Below, in pieces: positions 10,720 through 20,387 of a DNA stretch of 64,000 nt; position 1 is the first letter of the stretch; every line of letters begins with the position of its first letter. Source of the stretch: Clostridiales bacterium. GTDB lineage: Bacteria > Bacillota > Dehalobacteriia > UBA7702. The notes under the pieces are model-generated. The model was not told the DNA's origin. It was given only the letters and a program-made list of their open reading frames with translations, and searched no databases. Position numbers and translations under genes: made by a program. The stretch spans positions 16,335-80,334 of the forward strand of contig JAXGQI010000003.1 in the NCBI GenBank assembly GCA_040766525.1, given 5' to 3'.

Positions 10720-12101
10720 ATGTGCTTTAGAAGCCTACTCAGGAGAAAAGTGCGCACAATTTTGACGGTGATGGGTGTCGTCATCGGGACCTGCTCCATC
10801 GTTGTCATGATCTCTCTCGGCGTAGGCCTTAACGAAATGCAGGAAGCCTCTATCAATGAGATGATGGATCTCACCGTGATCGAGGTTTATTATAGCGGCG
10901 GCACATGGAGAACATCATAGAAGAAAATAACAATCCGTCTTTGAACTCAATGATGAGATGCTGAACAGCTCTACGCGCTGGATCATGTCAAGGCGTTACG
11001 CTGGTCCTGAATCTTTACGGGGAAGCGAAAATCACCGCCGGGAAATATCAGCATGTGCAAGCAATCTCAAAGGGATCGACACCGGCAGCCTCGATTTATT
11101 CGGTTATGAACTATTGGAAGGCAATTTGATCGAGGAGAGCGGCAAGCAAAACAAAGTCCTCTTCGGTGAAGATGCTGTCTATAACTTCTTCACCCTCGAC
11201 GCCACCTGAGAACCGATTCATTTCTACCCGGATGAAACCGAGAGAACCCGACGCCGCCCTTTGACCCGATGAGCGCCAGGCTCTCCATCACCGCCGTCAA
11301 TACCAGCAAGGAGTCCACGCAAATTCCCGCCGATCTTTCGGACAGCTATAACAGCGATGGCAGTATCGGCAGCGGAGGCGACCCCGCGCCCGGCGCAGGC
11401 GCAACTGGGAAAACTTATAGCTTCCAAACTGCCGGCATTATCAAAGGCGATTACAGTAAGGACTACGGCGATTCCTATAATGCTATTTATATCGATATCG
11501 AAATGGCCAAAAAGCTCTTAAAAGAATACAATACCTAAATGGAATCAAAACCTCATTCAGCTATTATAATGCCAAGGTCAAAGTCAGCGACGTCGCCTAT
11601 GTGGAAGAGGTGGAGGCGTTCATTCAAGAACAGGGGTCACACTCCACAGCGGCGCATCAATACGGAATCACTCCTAGAAATGACCAGGATCATCCAGTTG
11701 CCTTATGGGATTGGCGCCATCTCCTCTTTAGTTGCCTTAGGCATTACGAACACGATGATCATGTCGATTTACGAGCGAACGAAGGAAATCGGCGTGATGA
11801 AGGTTTTGGCTGCCGTTTTGATGATATTCGAGCCCTCTTCTCTGTGAAGCCGGAGCTATAGGCCTTCTTCGGCGGATGTTTCGGCATCCTGGTAAGTTAT
11901 ATGATCTCTTTATCCTCAACCTGATCGCTTCCGGGATCATGCAGGCGGAAGGCACCGAGGTCACCGGTCATATCTCGGTTATCCCTCTTGGCTGGTCCTG
12001 ATGGGGACTGGCATCGCCCCTGCCATACCTTTAGTCGCCGGGTTCTACCCCGCCAATCGAGCGACGCCATCAGCGCTTTAGCAGCGATCCGCCAGGAATA
12101 A
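10720..12101 (+). pseudogene. FtsX/MacB-type ABC permease, frame-disrupted
   Basis: N-terminal LRRKVRTILTVMGVVIGTCSIV, a MacB periplasmic-domain-like piece, ERTKEIGVMKVL and a final GFYPANRA motif lie in different frames. Confidence 0.75.
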
Positions 12102-12110
12102 AACCACTTA

Positions 12111-12139
12111 AAAACCGCCCGGGTATACCTGGAGCGGTT
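12111..12139 (+). terminator. hairpin A1, a slightly decayed copy of hairpin A2 without a T-tract
   Basis: AAAACCGC-CCGGGtataCCTGGAGCGGTT differs at 3 positions from the hairpin at 12292-12321. Confidence 0.5.
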
Positions 12140-12291
12140 AGATTGTCGACAAAGTCGACAAGATGGGAGACACAAGACGAAAAGCCTAGAGCCAGGAAAA
12201 GCAAAGTCCCTGGAAGCGCAGTGTATATAGAGATACATAAGCGGTCAGGGGCTTTGGTTTGACAACGCTATTGGCTTTTGTCTGCAGTCTC
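12140..12291 (+). repeat. interspersed non-coding element, core copy A (152 nt)
   Basis: About 85-90% identical by hand alignment to 20388-20530. The 5' end is TAGATTGTCGACAAAGTCGACAAGATGGGAGAC and the 3' end is GCTTTGGTTTGACAACGC..GGCTTTTGTCTGCAGTCTC. Confidence 0.85.
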
Positions 12292-12321
12292 AAACCGCTC
12301 CGGGAATACCCGGAGCGGTTT
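12292..12321. terminator. hairpin A2, a bidirectional terminator between the FtsX relic and the MoxR gene
   Basis: Perfect 13-bp stem AAACCGCTCCGGG-aata-CCCGGAGCGGTTT, followed by TAATTTTTAT. Confidence 0.75.
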
Positions 12322-12343
12322 AATTTTTATGTTCTTATAAAAT

Positions 12344-13222
12344 TTAAGCATTATTGGCGGCTAATTTTGCGGCCAGTTCCAAATCCTCTTCATATTTCAA
12401 GAGGAAATTATAGGTAGCAGGGACCTGCTCATCCCCCAAATCCTTTACTTTCAGTTTCGTCAAGACCTTGGCCCAATCGAGAGTTTCGGCAATGGAAGGT
12501 TTTTTCTTCAATTTTTCTTTGCGGAGTTTATGCACAAAATCGGCGATCTGGCGGGAAAGCTCCTTGTCAATCCCGGGCACTTTCGCATCAACAATCACCA
12601 ATTCCCTTTCATAGGTAGGATAGTCGATATAGAAGTGGACACAGCGCCGTTTCAAACCGTCGCTAAAATCCCGGGCGCCATTGCTGGTGAGGATCACGAG
12701 CGGAATCGTCTTCGCCTTGACCGTTCCCCATTCCGGAATCGTCACCGCAAAATCCGAAAGCGCCTCTAAAAGGAAACTTTCAAATTCTTCGTCACTCTTA
12801 TCGATCTCATCGATCAAGAGCACCGCTTGTTTTTCCGACAAAAACGCCTTCAACAAAGGACGGGGCAACAGGAATTCCTCGGAAAAGATATCCTTTTGAA
12901 TCTCATGCCAATGACTGTCCCTCGATTGGCTTTGCAGAAAGAGCAACTGCTTTTGATAATTCCAGTCATAAAGAGCATGATGTTCATCCAGACCTTCATA
13001 GCACTGCAAGCGGATGAAGTCCATATCGAAAGCATTGGCCATCACACGGGCGAGTTCCGTCTTCCCGACCCCAGCAGGGCCTTCCAATAAAATAGGTTTT
13101 TGCAGGAAACTGGCCAAACTTACAATCAAAGCCAAATCATCGGCGGCATAGTAGTTCTCCCTTTGTAATTCCTGTTTAATGATCTCAGCGTCAAACATTT
13201 TCTCAACTCCATGTCTCTTCAA
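12344..13222 (-). CDS. MoxR-family AAA+ ATPase (CoxD/CbbQ-like)
   Basis: Walker A GPAGVGKT and Walker B LLIDEIDK; size 292 aa; divergent partner is a VWA protein. Confidence 0.85.
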   Translation of the reverse strand: MKRHGVEKMFDAEIIKQELQRENYYAADDLALIVSLASFLQKPILLEGPAGVGKTELARVMANAFDMDFIRLQCYEGLDEHHALYDWNYQKQLLFLQSQSRDSHWHEIQKDIFSEEFLLPRPLLKAFLSEKQAVLLIDEIDKSDEEFESFLLEALSDFAVTIPEWGTVKAKTIPLVILTSNGARDFSDGLKRRCVHFYIDYPTYERELVIVDAKVPGIDKELSRQIADFVHKLRKEKLKKKPSIAETLDWAKVLTKLKVKDLGDEQVPATYNFLLKYEEDLELAAKLAANNA

Positions 13223-13307
13223 TTGGGTATGGATTTTCTATCCATAATAGTATATCATATTTATGGAGTTTGCAAATTAAAAATTATTTCAAATTTAGGA
13301 AGAAAAA

Positions 13308-14663
13308 ATGGAACAGCATTTACTGAATTTTGCCCGCTATCTTCGGCAAGCGGGGATGAAGATCGCCTTGAGTGAAATCACCGACGCCATCCAAGCAATT
13401 TCCCGGTATGGGATTGAGGATGAACGACAATTTTATCAATTACTCCGGGCCACCATGCTCAAAGATGAGGTGGACCAGGATATTTTCGATATGGCATACC
13501 GTATCTTTTTTTCCATGGAAACCAAGAAGCCCAATTTTATCCAGGATATGCCGGAAGAAAAACCTTGTGACGGCAAGGATGAGACCGCAAACAGCGACGG
13601 CAGCGGCCAAGGCAAAGCCGGGATGGGGGCGGCTTCGACGGAATTCTATACCGCCTTAAAAAAACGGGATCTGTCCAAACTTTTAGAATTGATGGACAAT
13701 CAATTTGACGATCTGCTTCTCTTAGATTCCGATCTTGAAGAACTTTTAAAAAAGATCAAAGTGCGCATGGAATGGTTCATGGTAGAGAATGCCGTGGAAC
13801 TGGAAGGTTCCGAAGGTTTCGCGGATATGGAAATCCTGGAAGAGATGGAAACCTATATCCGGCAACGCCTGGAAAAACGCATCGTCGAAGAGCGGAAAGA
13901 GGAAGGGATCACCCAGCTTTTGGACGATGAAAACCTCTTGAAAAAAGATTTCACCGCTCTCAATGAGGATCAAGTGCGAGAAATGGAACGGCGCATCACG
14001 CGCCTGGCCAACAAATTGGCAGCCCGCTATTCTTACCGTTTGAAACCCTCCAAAAGCGGGCAAGTCAATATGCGGAAGCTCTTGATGGAAGCCGGGAAAA
14101 AGGGCTATACCCCGGAAAAAATGTTTTATCTTGATAAGGTGAAAAACAAGCCTTCCATCGTTATTTTTTGCGATATCTCCGGTTCCGTATCGGTCTACAG
14201 CGCCTTTTTACTCCAATTGGTCTATTCCATGACGCGCTGCTTCAAAGATATCCGCACCTTCCTCTATGTTGATGAAATCGAGGAAGCCACCGTTGCCTTC
14301 CAGGAAAGCAATGTCCAAGACGCCGTGCGGGAAGCGATCCGTCATGTACGCTGTTCCAGGTTGGGGATCTCCAATTACGGACAAGTCTTTGAACTGTTCC
14401 GCAAACAATATATCGACTGCCTCCATAAAAAAACCACTCTCCTCATCTTGGGAGACGCCAAAAACAATTGGTATCCGCCCCGGGAAGAGGAGTTGGCCCA
14501 TATGCAAAGCCTCGTTGAACGGGTGATTTGGCTCAATCCCGACCCCAAAGAGAATTGGAATAAGGATGACAGCATCATCTCCACTTACGCACCATTTTGC
14601 AATCTCGTACTGGAGTGCCGCAACCTCGACCAGTTTGAGCGCGCCATGAAACAAGTCATCTGA
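13308..14663 (+). CDS. VWA-domain protein (CoxE-like)
   Basis: C-terminal VWA domain with MIDAS motif CDISGSVS. Paired with the MoxR ATPase. Clean 451-aa ORF. Confidence 0.8.
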   Translation: MEQHLLNFARYLRQAGMKIALSEITDAIQAISRYGIEDERQFYQLLRATMLKDEVDQDIFDMAYRIFFSMETKKPNFIQDMPEEKPCDGKDETANSDGSGQGKAGMGAASTEFYTALKKRDLSKLLELMDNQFDDLLLLDSDLEELLKKIKVRMEWFMVENAVELEGSEGFADMEILEEMETYIRQRLEKRIVEERKEEGITQLLDDENLLKKDFTALNEDQVREMERRITRLANKLAARYSYRLKPSKSGQVNMRKLLMEAGKKGYTPEKMFYLDKVKNKPSIVIFCDISGSVSVYSAFLLQLVYSMTRCFKDIRTFLYVDEIEEATVAFQESNVQDAVREAIRHVRCSRLGISNYGQVFELFRKQYIDCLHKKTTLLILGDAKNNWYPPREEELAHMQSLVERVIWLNPDPKENWNKDDSIISTYAPFCNLVLECRNLDQFERAMKQVI

Positions 14664-14696
14664 CCGAAAACCCATACGAAAATTAGGCTCCGACCG

Positions 14697-14753
14697 CACA
14701 GATGGGCTCCGGAGACTTTGGTTTGACAACGCATTCGGCTTTTTGCCGTCGAG
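14697..14753 (+). repeat. interspersed element, shortened copy C
   Basis: CAGATGGGCTCCGGAGACTTTGGTTTGACAACGCATTCGGCTTTTTGCCGTCGAG keeps the 5' (AGATGGG) and 3' (CTTTGGTTTGACAACGC..GGCTTTT) ends of copies A and B but lacks the middle. Confidence 0.65.
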
Positions 14754-14779
14754 AGGCCCCAATGGATTGGGGCCTTTTT
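14752..14779 (+). terminator. rho-independent terminator after the VWA gene and element C
   Basis: GAGGCCCCAatggaTTGGGGCCT followed by T6. Confidence 0.8.
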
Positions 14780-14967
14780 TGAACGGTGTATTTTCGCCAA
14801 TTCGCACAGATAGCAGGCCGCCGGGAGAGCGTAAAATGCCAGGCGAAAATGATCAACAAGGTGATAACTTACACCATATTTCTACCTCTTTCGCTTTAAC
14901 CACCGCCCTTTTCATGTTATAATGATAGGATAGCAACAGCGATACAGGCATCCTCGGAGGAGATTGA

Positions 14968-16338
14968 ATGAAAAACCGCGCCATTGATATGACAAAAGGG
15001 CCCATCACAAAAGAATTGATTGTATTTACTTTGCCCTTTATCGCTTCTAATTTATTACAAGTATTTTATTCTTCGGTAGATGCTTTTTGGCTTGGCCGCT
15101 TCATCGGGAAAGAAGCGGTAGCGGCCGTAACGGTTTCTTTCCCCATTATTTTCCTGCTTTCGGCCTTCTTTATCGGCTTTGGCTTGGCCGCCAATATTAT
15201 GATCTCGCAATATGTCGGTGGGAAAGAATACCATAAACTGAAAGAAACGGCTTATACGTCCCTGGTTTTTTGTCTCATCGGGGGCATCCTTATCGGCGTG
15301 CTCGGCTTCCTTACCGGGGAAAAGCTCTTGGCTCTCATGCAGACGGATGAAAGCATTCTCCCTTTAGCCGGCAATTATCTTCGGATCTATATCAGCGGTG
15401 TTGTTTTCGTCTTCGGCTATAATCTCATCGCCGCTTTCTTTCGTGGCATGGGAGACGCCAATACGCCGATGCGGTTGATCATTCTGGGCACCGTGGCCAA
15501 TATCATTTTAGACCCGATTTTGATTTTTTACTTTGATCTTGGGGTATCCGGTGCGGCCTTCGCTACGATTCTGGCGCAAATGATCGCCTTTTGCTACGCA
15601 CTTTACCTTTTATATAAAGGAGACCATCTTCTGTCCGGAAGCTACCGGGGATACCGTTTTCAGACCGAAATCGCAAAAACCATCCTCAAACTCGGCATTC
15701 CTTCCTCCTTTCAGCAGATTGCCGTTTCATTGACGATGATTTTCATGATGTCCATGGTCAATCTGATGGGGCCCAATGTAACCGCCGCTTATGGCATCGG
15801 CATCATGGTGGAATCCTATGTTTCCATCCATATTATGAGCTTTAATGCGAGTATTTCCACTTTTGTGGGGCAAAATATCGGCGCAGGTCAATTGGAGAGA
15901 GCAAAGGAAGGCGTGAACCGCGCCTTATTATTAACGACTGCTTTTACCGCTTTTTTCGTCCTCTGCATCCAATTGATCCCCGGCAGTCTATTGGGCATTT
16001 TTATCACCGATCCCCATGTCATTACGGAAGGGGTCACCTACCTTCGAATCGGCTCGATCTCTTACTTCTTTTTTGGCACGATGTTTATCTATACCGGCGC
16101 TTACCGGGGGGCGGGAGCAACCATGTCCACTTTGGTCTTGACCGTTTTGTGCGCTTGGGGGATTCGCCTGCCATTATCCTGGCTTTTGGGCATTCGCTTT
16201 GATTGGGGACCCGTTGGATTATGGACGGGGCTGACCGTTGGGTTTGCCCTCGGCGCACTGATCAGTTACGGTTATTATCGTTATGGCAACTGGCACAAGA
16301 AGGGGTTAACAGCACTATCACAACAAAACATCAATTAA
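14968..16338 (+). CDS. MATE-family efflux transporter
   Basis: 456 aa, about 12 hydrophobic segments, typical MATE N-terminus (KELIVFTLPFIASNLLQVFYSSVDAFWLGRF). Confidence 0.85.
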   Translation: MKNRAIDMTKGPITKELIVFTLPFIASNLLQVFYSSVDAFWLGRFIGKEAVAAVTVSFPIIFLLSAFFIGFGLAANIMISQYVGGKEYHKLKETAYTSLVFCLIGGILIGVLGFLTGEKLLALMQTDESILPLAGNYLRIYISGVVFVFGYNLIAAFFRGMGDANTPMRLIILGTVANIILDPILIFYFDLGVSGAAFATILAQMIAFCYALYLLYKGDHLLSGSYRGYRFQTEIAKTILKLGIPSSFQQIAVSLTMIFMMSMVNLMGPNVTAAYGIGIMVESYVSIHIMSFNASISTFVGQNIGAGQLERAKEGVNRALLLTTAFTAFFVLCIQLIPGSLLGIFITDPHVITEGVTYLRIGSISYFFFGTMFIYTGAYRGAGATMSTLVLTVLCAWGIRLPLSWLLGIRFDWGPVGLWTGLTVGFALGALISYGYYRYGNWHKKGLTALSQQNIN

Positions 16339-16351
16339 CCGGAGGTGTATT

Positions 16352-17194
16352 ATGTCGAAACTAACGATCAAGAAAATGCAGGAAATGAAGAAAAACGGGG
16401 ATAAGCTGGTCATGGCAACCGCTTATGATGTACCCACCGCTCGGTTAGCGGCTGCTGCGGGAATCGACATATTGCTGGTAGGAGACTCTTTAGGTCAGGT
16501 CGTCTTAGGATATGACAGTACCGTACCCGTCACGATTGATGAAATGATCCACCATGGGAAAGCCGTCGTCCGCGGAGCGGAAGGCCGCTTTGTCATTCTG
16601 GATATGCCCTATGGTTCCTACCATATTTCCGACGAAGATACATTACGCAATGGGTTAAGGATGATTAAGGAAACCGGCGCCGACGCCCTCAAAATTGAAG
16701 GCCTGCGGGAAATTACCCCCAGAGTCCGAGCTTTGCGCCGTGCCGGCATCCCCATCGTGGGCCATATCGGCCTCACGCCCCAAACCACGACGATCTTAGG
16801 GGGCCACCGGGTGCAAGGCAGGAGCCGGCAGGAAGCGACACGCCTCATTGAAGCGGCCCATGCCTTAGAAGAAGCCGGCGCAATGATGCTGGTACTGGAA
16901 TGCGTGGCGACCGAAGTGGCAACCACCATTACCGAGCAAACCTCCATCCCTATTATCGGCATCGGCGCCGGAAACGGTTGTGATGGCCAAGTTCTGGTTT
17001 TCCACGACCTATTGGGATTGAACGACAGTTTTCAACCGGTCTTTTTGCAAAAATTCGCCGATCTACGCCCGGCAGCAATCGCAGGGCTGGAAGCCTATGC
17101 TGCCGCAGTACGTCAAGGGAGCTTCCCCGATACAGACCATTCCTTCCCGCTGAATGCGGAAGAAAGAAAAGCAATGGGGCCGCTGATAAAATAA
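16352..17194 (+). CDS. panB: 3-methyl-2-oxobutanoate hydroxymethyltransferase
   Basis: LLVGDSLGQVVLGYDSTVPVT and DMPYGSY motifs; 280 aa. Confidence 0.9.
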   Translation: MSKLTIKKMQEMKKNGDKLVMATAYDVPTARLAAAAGIDILLVGDSLGQVVLGYDSTVPVTIDEMIHHGKAVVRGAEGRFVILDMPYGSYHISDEDTLRNGLRMIKETGADALKIEGLREITPRVRALRRAGIPIVGHIGLTPQTTTILGGHRVQGRSRQEATRLIEAAHALEEAGAMMLVLECVATEVATTITEQTSIPIIGIGAGNGCDGQVLVFHDLLGLNDSFQPVFLQKFADLRPAAIAGLEAYAAAVRQGSFPDTDHSFPLNAEERKAMGPLIK

Positions 17195-17212
17195 AAGAGA
17201 GAAGGACGAACA

Positions 17213-18136
17213 ATGAAGATCCTGGTCTTGGGAGCCGGGTCCATGGGGCTGTTTTTTGGCGCCCGCTTGGGAAAAGAGATGCCCGCCTTCCTGGAACGAG
17301 ATGAAGAAAAATGCGCTTATATTGCCGAAAAGGGCTATCGCCTGGAAATGGAGGGGGAAGAAACTTGGATCCACCCCCAGATTTCCTCAAAACCCGGCGA
17401 TTTCACCCCTCCGGATTTATTACTTTTGATGGTAAAAACCTATGATACCATTGAGGCCTTAACTTCCGCCCAAAGCTTAATCGGGCCGGATACCTATGTG
17501 ATGACCCTCCAAAACGGTTTGGGGAATGTGGAAAAAATCGCCGGATTCGCGAAGAAAGATCACATCATTGCGGGGACAACGACCCACGGCGCTTATGCCT
17601 ACGAAAAAAATCAGCTGCGCTATACCGGTGGCGGAGAGATCATCGCAGGTTATCCCTGCGGTGGAGATGATGCGTTTCTCGCCAAAGTTGCAAAGATTTT
17701 TTCAGACTGTGGCCTCCCCATCAAACCGGAACAGCAGATCAATCATGCACTCTGGACAAAAACGCTTGTCAACGCTGCCATCAATCCCTTAACTGCCCTG
17801 ATGGGGATCAAAAACGGCGCTCTCCTCCAGGATCCGGAGCTCCTCTTTTTCATGGAAAAAATTCTCGAAGAAGGGGCATATGTGGCTGAAAGGGAAGGCG
17901 TTACGCTCCTCCACCCCGATATTTTTTCCTATACCAAAACGGTCGCCGCGAAAACCGGGGCCAATTATTCATCGATGCTGATGGATATTCAGAGAGGAAA
18001 CCCCACGGAAATTTGCGCCATCAACGGGGAAATTTGCCGCAGAGGGGTTCGGCTCGGAATAAATCTTCCTTATAATATGTTAATGCAAGATTTAATCCTT
18101 GCCTTGGAAGGGAAAAAATGTTATACTTCTGATTAA
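17213..18136 (+). CDS. panE: 2-dehydropantoate 2-reductase
   Basis: N-terminal KILVLGAGSMG Rossmann motif and C-terminal SSMLMDIQRGNPTEICAINGEI; directly follows panB. Confidence 0.85.
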   Translation: MKILVLGAGSMGLFFGARLGKEMPAFLERDEEKCAYIAEKGYRLEMEGEETWIHPQISSKPGDFTPPDLLLLMVKTYDTIEALTSAQSLIGPDTYVMTLQNGLGNVEKIAGFAKKDHIIAGTTTHGAYAYEKNQLRYTGGGEIIAGYPCGGDDAFLAKVAKIFSDCGLPIKPEQQINHALWTKTLVNAAINPLTALMGIKNGALLQDPELLFFMEKILEEGAYVAEREGVTLLHPDIFSYTKTVAAKTGANYSSMLMDIQRGNPTEICAINGEICRRGVRLGINLPYNMLMQDLILALEGKKCYTSD

Positions 18137-18162
18137 ATATTTTCAGAGTAGGAGGATGACGC

Positions 18163-19831
18163 ATGAATGGATCCCAAGCCATTGTGGCAGTTTTAGAAAA
18201 GGAAGGCGTTGATACCATTTTCGGCTATCCCGGCGGAACTGCCTTGCCTTTATATGACGCTTTATATAACGCCAATATAAAGCATATCCTTACCCGGCAT
18301 GAACAAGGTGCGGCCCATGCCGCCGATGGTTATGCCCGGGCAACAGGGAGAGTCGGCGTATGCATTTCCACCTCCGGCCCCGGTGCCACCAATTTGATTA
18401 CCGGGATCGCCACCGGCTATATGGATTCTTCACCCATCGTTTTTATTACCTGCCAGGTCGCTAGAAATATGATCGGGAAAGACTCCTTTCAGGAAGCGGA
18501 TATTCGCGGCATCACAACGCCGATAACGAAGCATAATTACTTAATTAAAAAACCACAAGATCTCATTCGCTGCTTACACCAGGCATTTTATATTGCCGCA
18601 ACCGGCAGACCGGGCCCTGTGGTGGTGGATGTACCGAAAGATATCTTAATGATGGAATTGGAACCGGGCTTTGAAGAAGAAATTTATCTCCCCGGTTATA
18701 AACCCTTGTATGAAGGTAAAATCGAAGAGGTGCAAAAAGCGGCGGATATGATTGCCGCTGCTAAAAAGCCCCTGTTCTTTATCGGTGGCGGCACACGGAA
18801 CCAAGAAAAGTCCGATCTCGTCAAAGAGCTCGTCGCCAAAACCAATATCCCGGTGATTTCCAGCATGATGGGGCTGGGGGTATACCCCGGAGATGCGGAT
18901 CTCCACCTCGGCATGGTCGGCATGCACGGCACTTATGCTGCGAACCGGGCCGTTACCGACTGCGATCTTTTGATCGGTTTGGGCGTGCGTTTCGATGACC
19001 GGGTCACCGGATCAGTCTCCGGTTTTGCCCCCAATGCCAAAATCATTCATTTTGAAATCGACGCTGCGGAAATCAACAAGAACGTTCGCGTCCATCATAA
19101 AGTCTTGGCTGATTTATCCTGGTCCTTAAAACTGATCAAATTGTGGCAAAACCGGACAGCGATGACTGGACGAAACAAGTTTTGACCTGAAGAGGAAAAA
19201 CCGATCGCTTTTCCCCTGCGCGGGAGATGAGATCAAGCCACAACGGGTGATCCAAAAGATCAATGAACTGACAAAGGGCAATGCGACCATCGTGACGGAT
19301 ACCGGCCAGCATCAAATGTGGTCGGCCCAGCTCTTCCAGCCGAAAAAGCCGTTTTTCCTTTATCTCTTCCGGCGGTTTAGGCACCACAGGCTTTGGCTTA
19401 CCGGCTGCAATCGGCGCTCAATTCGGCAAAGAGAATGAAGTTTGGGCAATTGTCGGGGATGGCGGCGTTTTAATGAACTGCCAGAAATTGGCTACCGCGT
19501 CGTCGAACACAAACTCCCCCTCAAAATCATCGTCATGAACAATCGCTGCCTAGGCATGGTCTGCCAATGGCAACGCCTCTTCTATGACAAACGCTATAGC
19601 GGCTCTCTCTATGAAATAGATACCAATCTGGCGAAAATTGCCGAAGCCTTTGGCGCTAAAGGCGTGCGGGTGACGAAGCTGAAAGATCTTGCCCCCGCTT
19701 TGGAAAAAGCCAAAGGCAGCAAGAAACCCATTTTAGTAGAAATCATGGTCACACAGGAAGAAAACGTTCTGCCCATGGTACCCGCCGGGGCAGGTCTAGA
19801 TGAAATGATAGAATGGAGTGGCGAAAAATGA
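18163..19831 (+). pseudogene. ilvB: acetolactate synthase large subunit, frame-disrupted
   Basis: The first 340 aa are intact and TPP-enzyme-like. After that at least 4 frame changes occur (pieces [30 protein letters not shown] and [20 protein letters not shown] lie in different frames). Total length 1669 nt is not a multiple of 3. Confidence 0.85.
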
Positions 19832-20336
19832 TGAAAAGAACCCTCGCGGTTTTGGTGGAAGACAGACCCGGTGTTCTCACCCATGTTTCCGGCTTGATCT
19901 CCCGCCGCGCCTTCAACATCGTCAGCATCAATGCCGGCTATTCCGAAGATATCGGTTTAACCAGGATCACCGTGGTCGTAGATGTTGCCAATGAAGATGA
20001 ATTGGAACAAGTCATCAATCAGATCTCCAAATTGGTCGATGTAATCGCCGTCGTGGATCTCACCGGCGTATCTTCCATTAATCGGGAACTGGCCTTGATC
20101 AAGGTCAAAGCTTCTCCGGCAGATCGACTGGCCTCGTCGATATCGTCAATATTTTCCGGGCCAAGATCGTCGATTAATGCATCCCGACAGCATGGTCATC
20201 GAAATGACGGGAAGAAGATAAAATCGATGCGATGTGCCTGCTCGCGGGCGAAATGGGAATCATTGAAATCGTCCGCACCGGCAGAATCGCTATTTCCAGA
20301 GCGAATAAATCCGTCAAAGACTTAGCCGAAGAATAA
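19828..20336 (+). pseudogene. ilvN: acetolactate synthase small subunit, frame-disrupted
   Basis: The ACT domain (LAVLVEDRPGVLTHVSGLISRRAFNI) is intact for about 100 aa, then at least 3 frame changes within about 200 nt (VDIVNIFRAKIVD / DSMVIEMTG / DKIDAM..IVRTGRIAISR). Confidence 0.85.
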
Positions 20337-20356
20337 AACGAACAAAACAAAACAAC

Positions 20357-20387
20357 ACGCCCCGCAGGGTTCATCCTTGCGGGGCGT
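20357..20387 (+). terminator. hairpin B1, a duplicate of B2 without a T-tract
   Basis: ACGCCCCGCAGGGtTCATCCTTGCGGGGCGT differs from B2 at one loop nucleotide. Confidence 0.55.

Noticed and set aside
14208-14807. 199-aa minus-strand ORF
   Set aside because: It is antisense to the 3' end of the VWA gene and runs through a terminator and repeat copy C.
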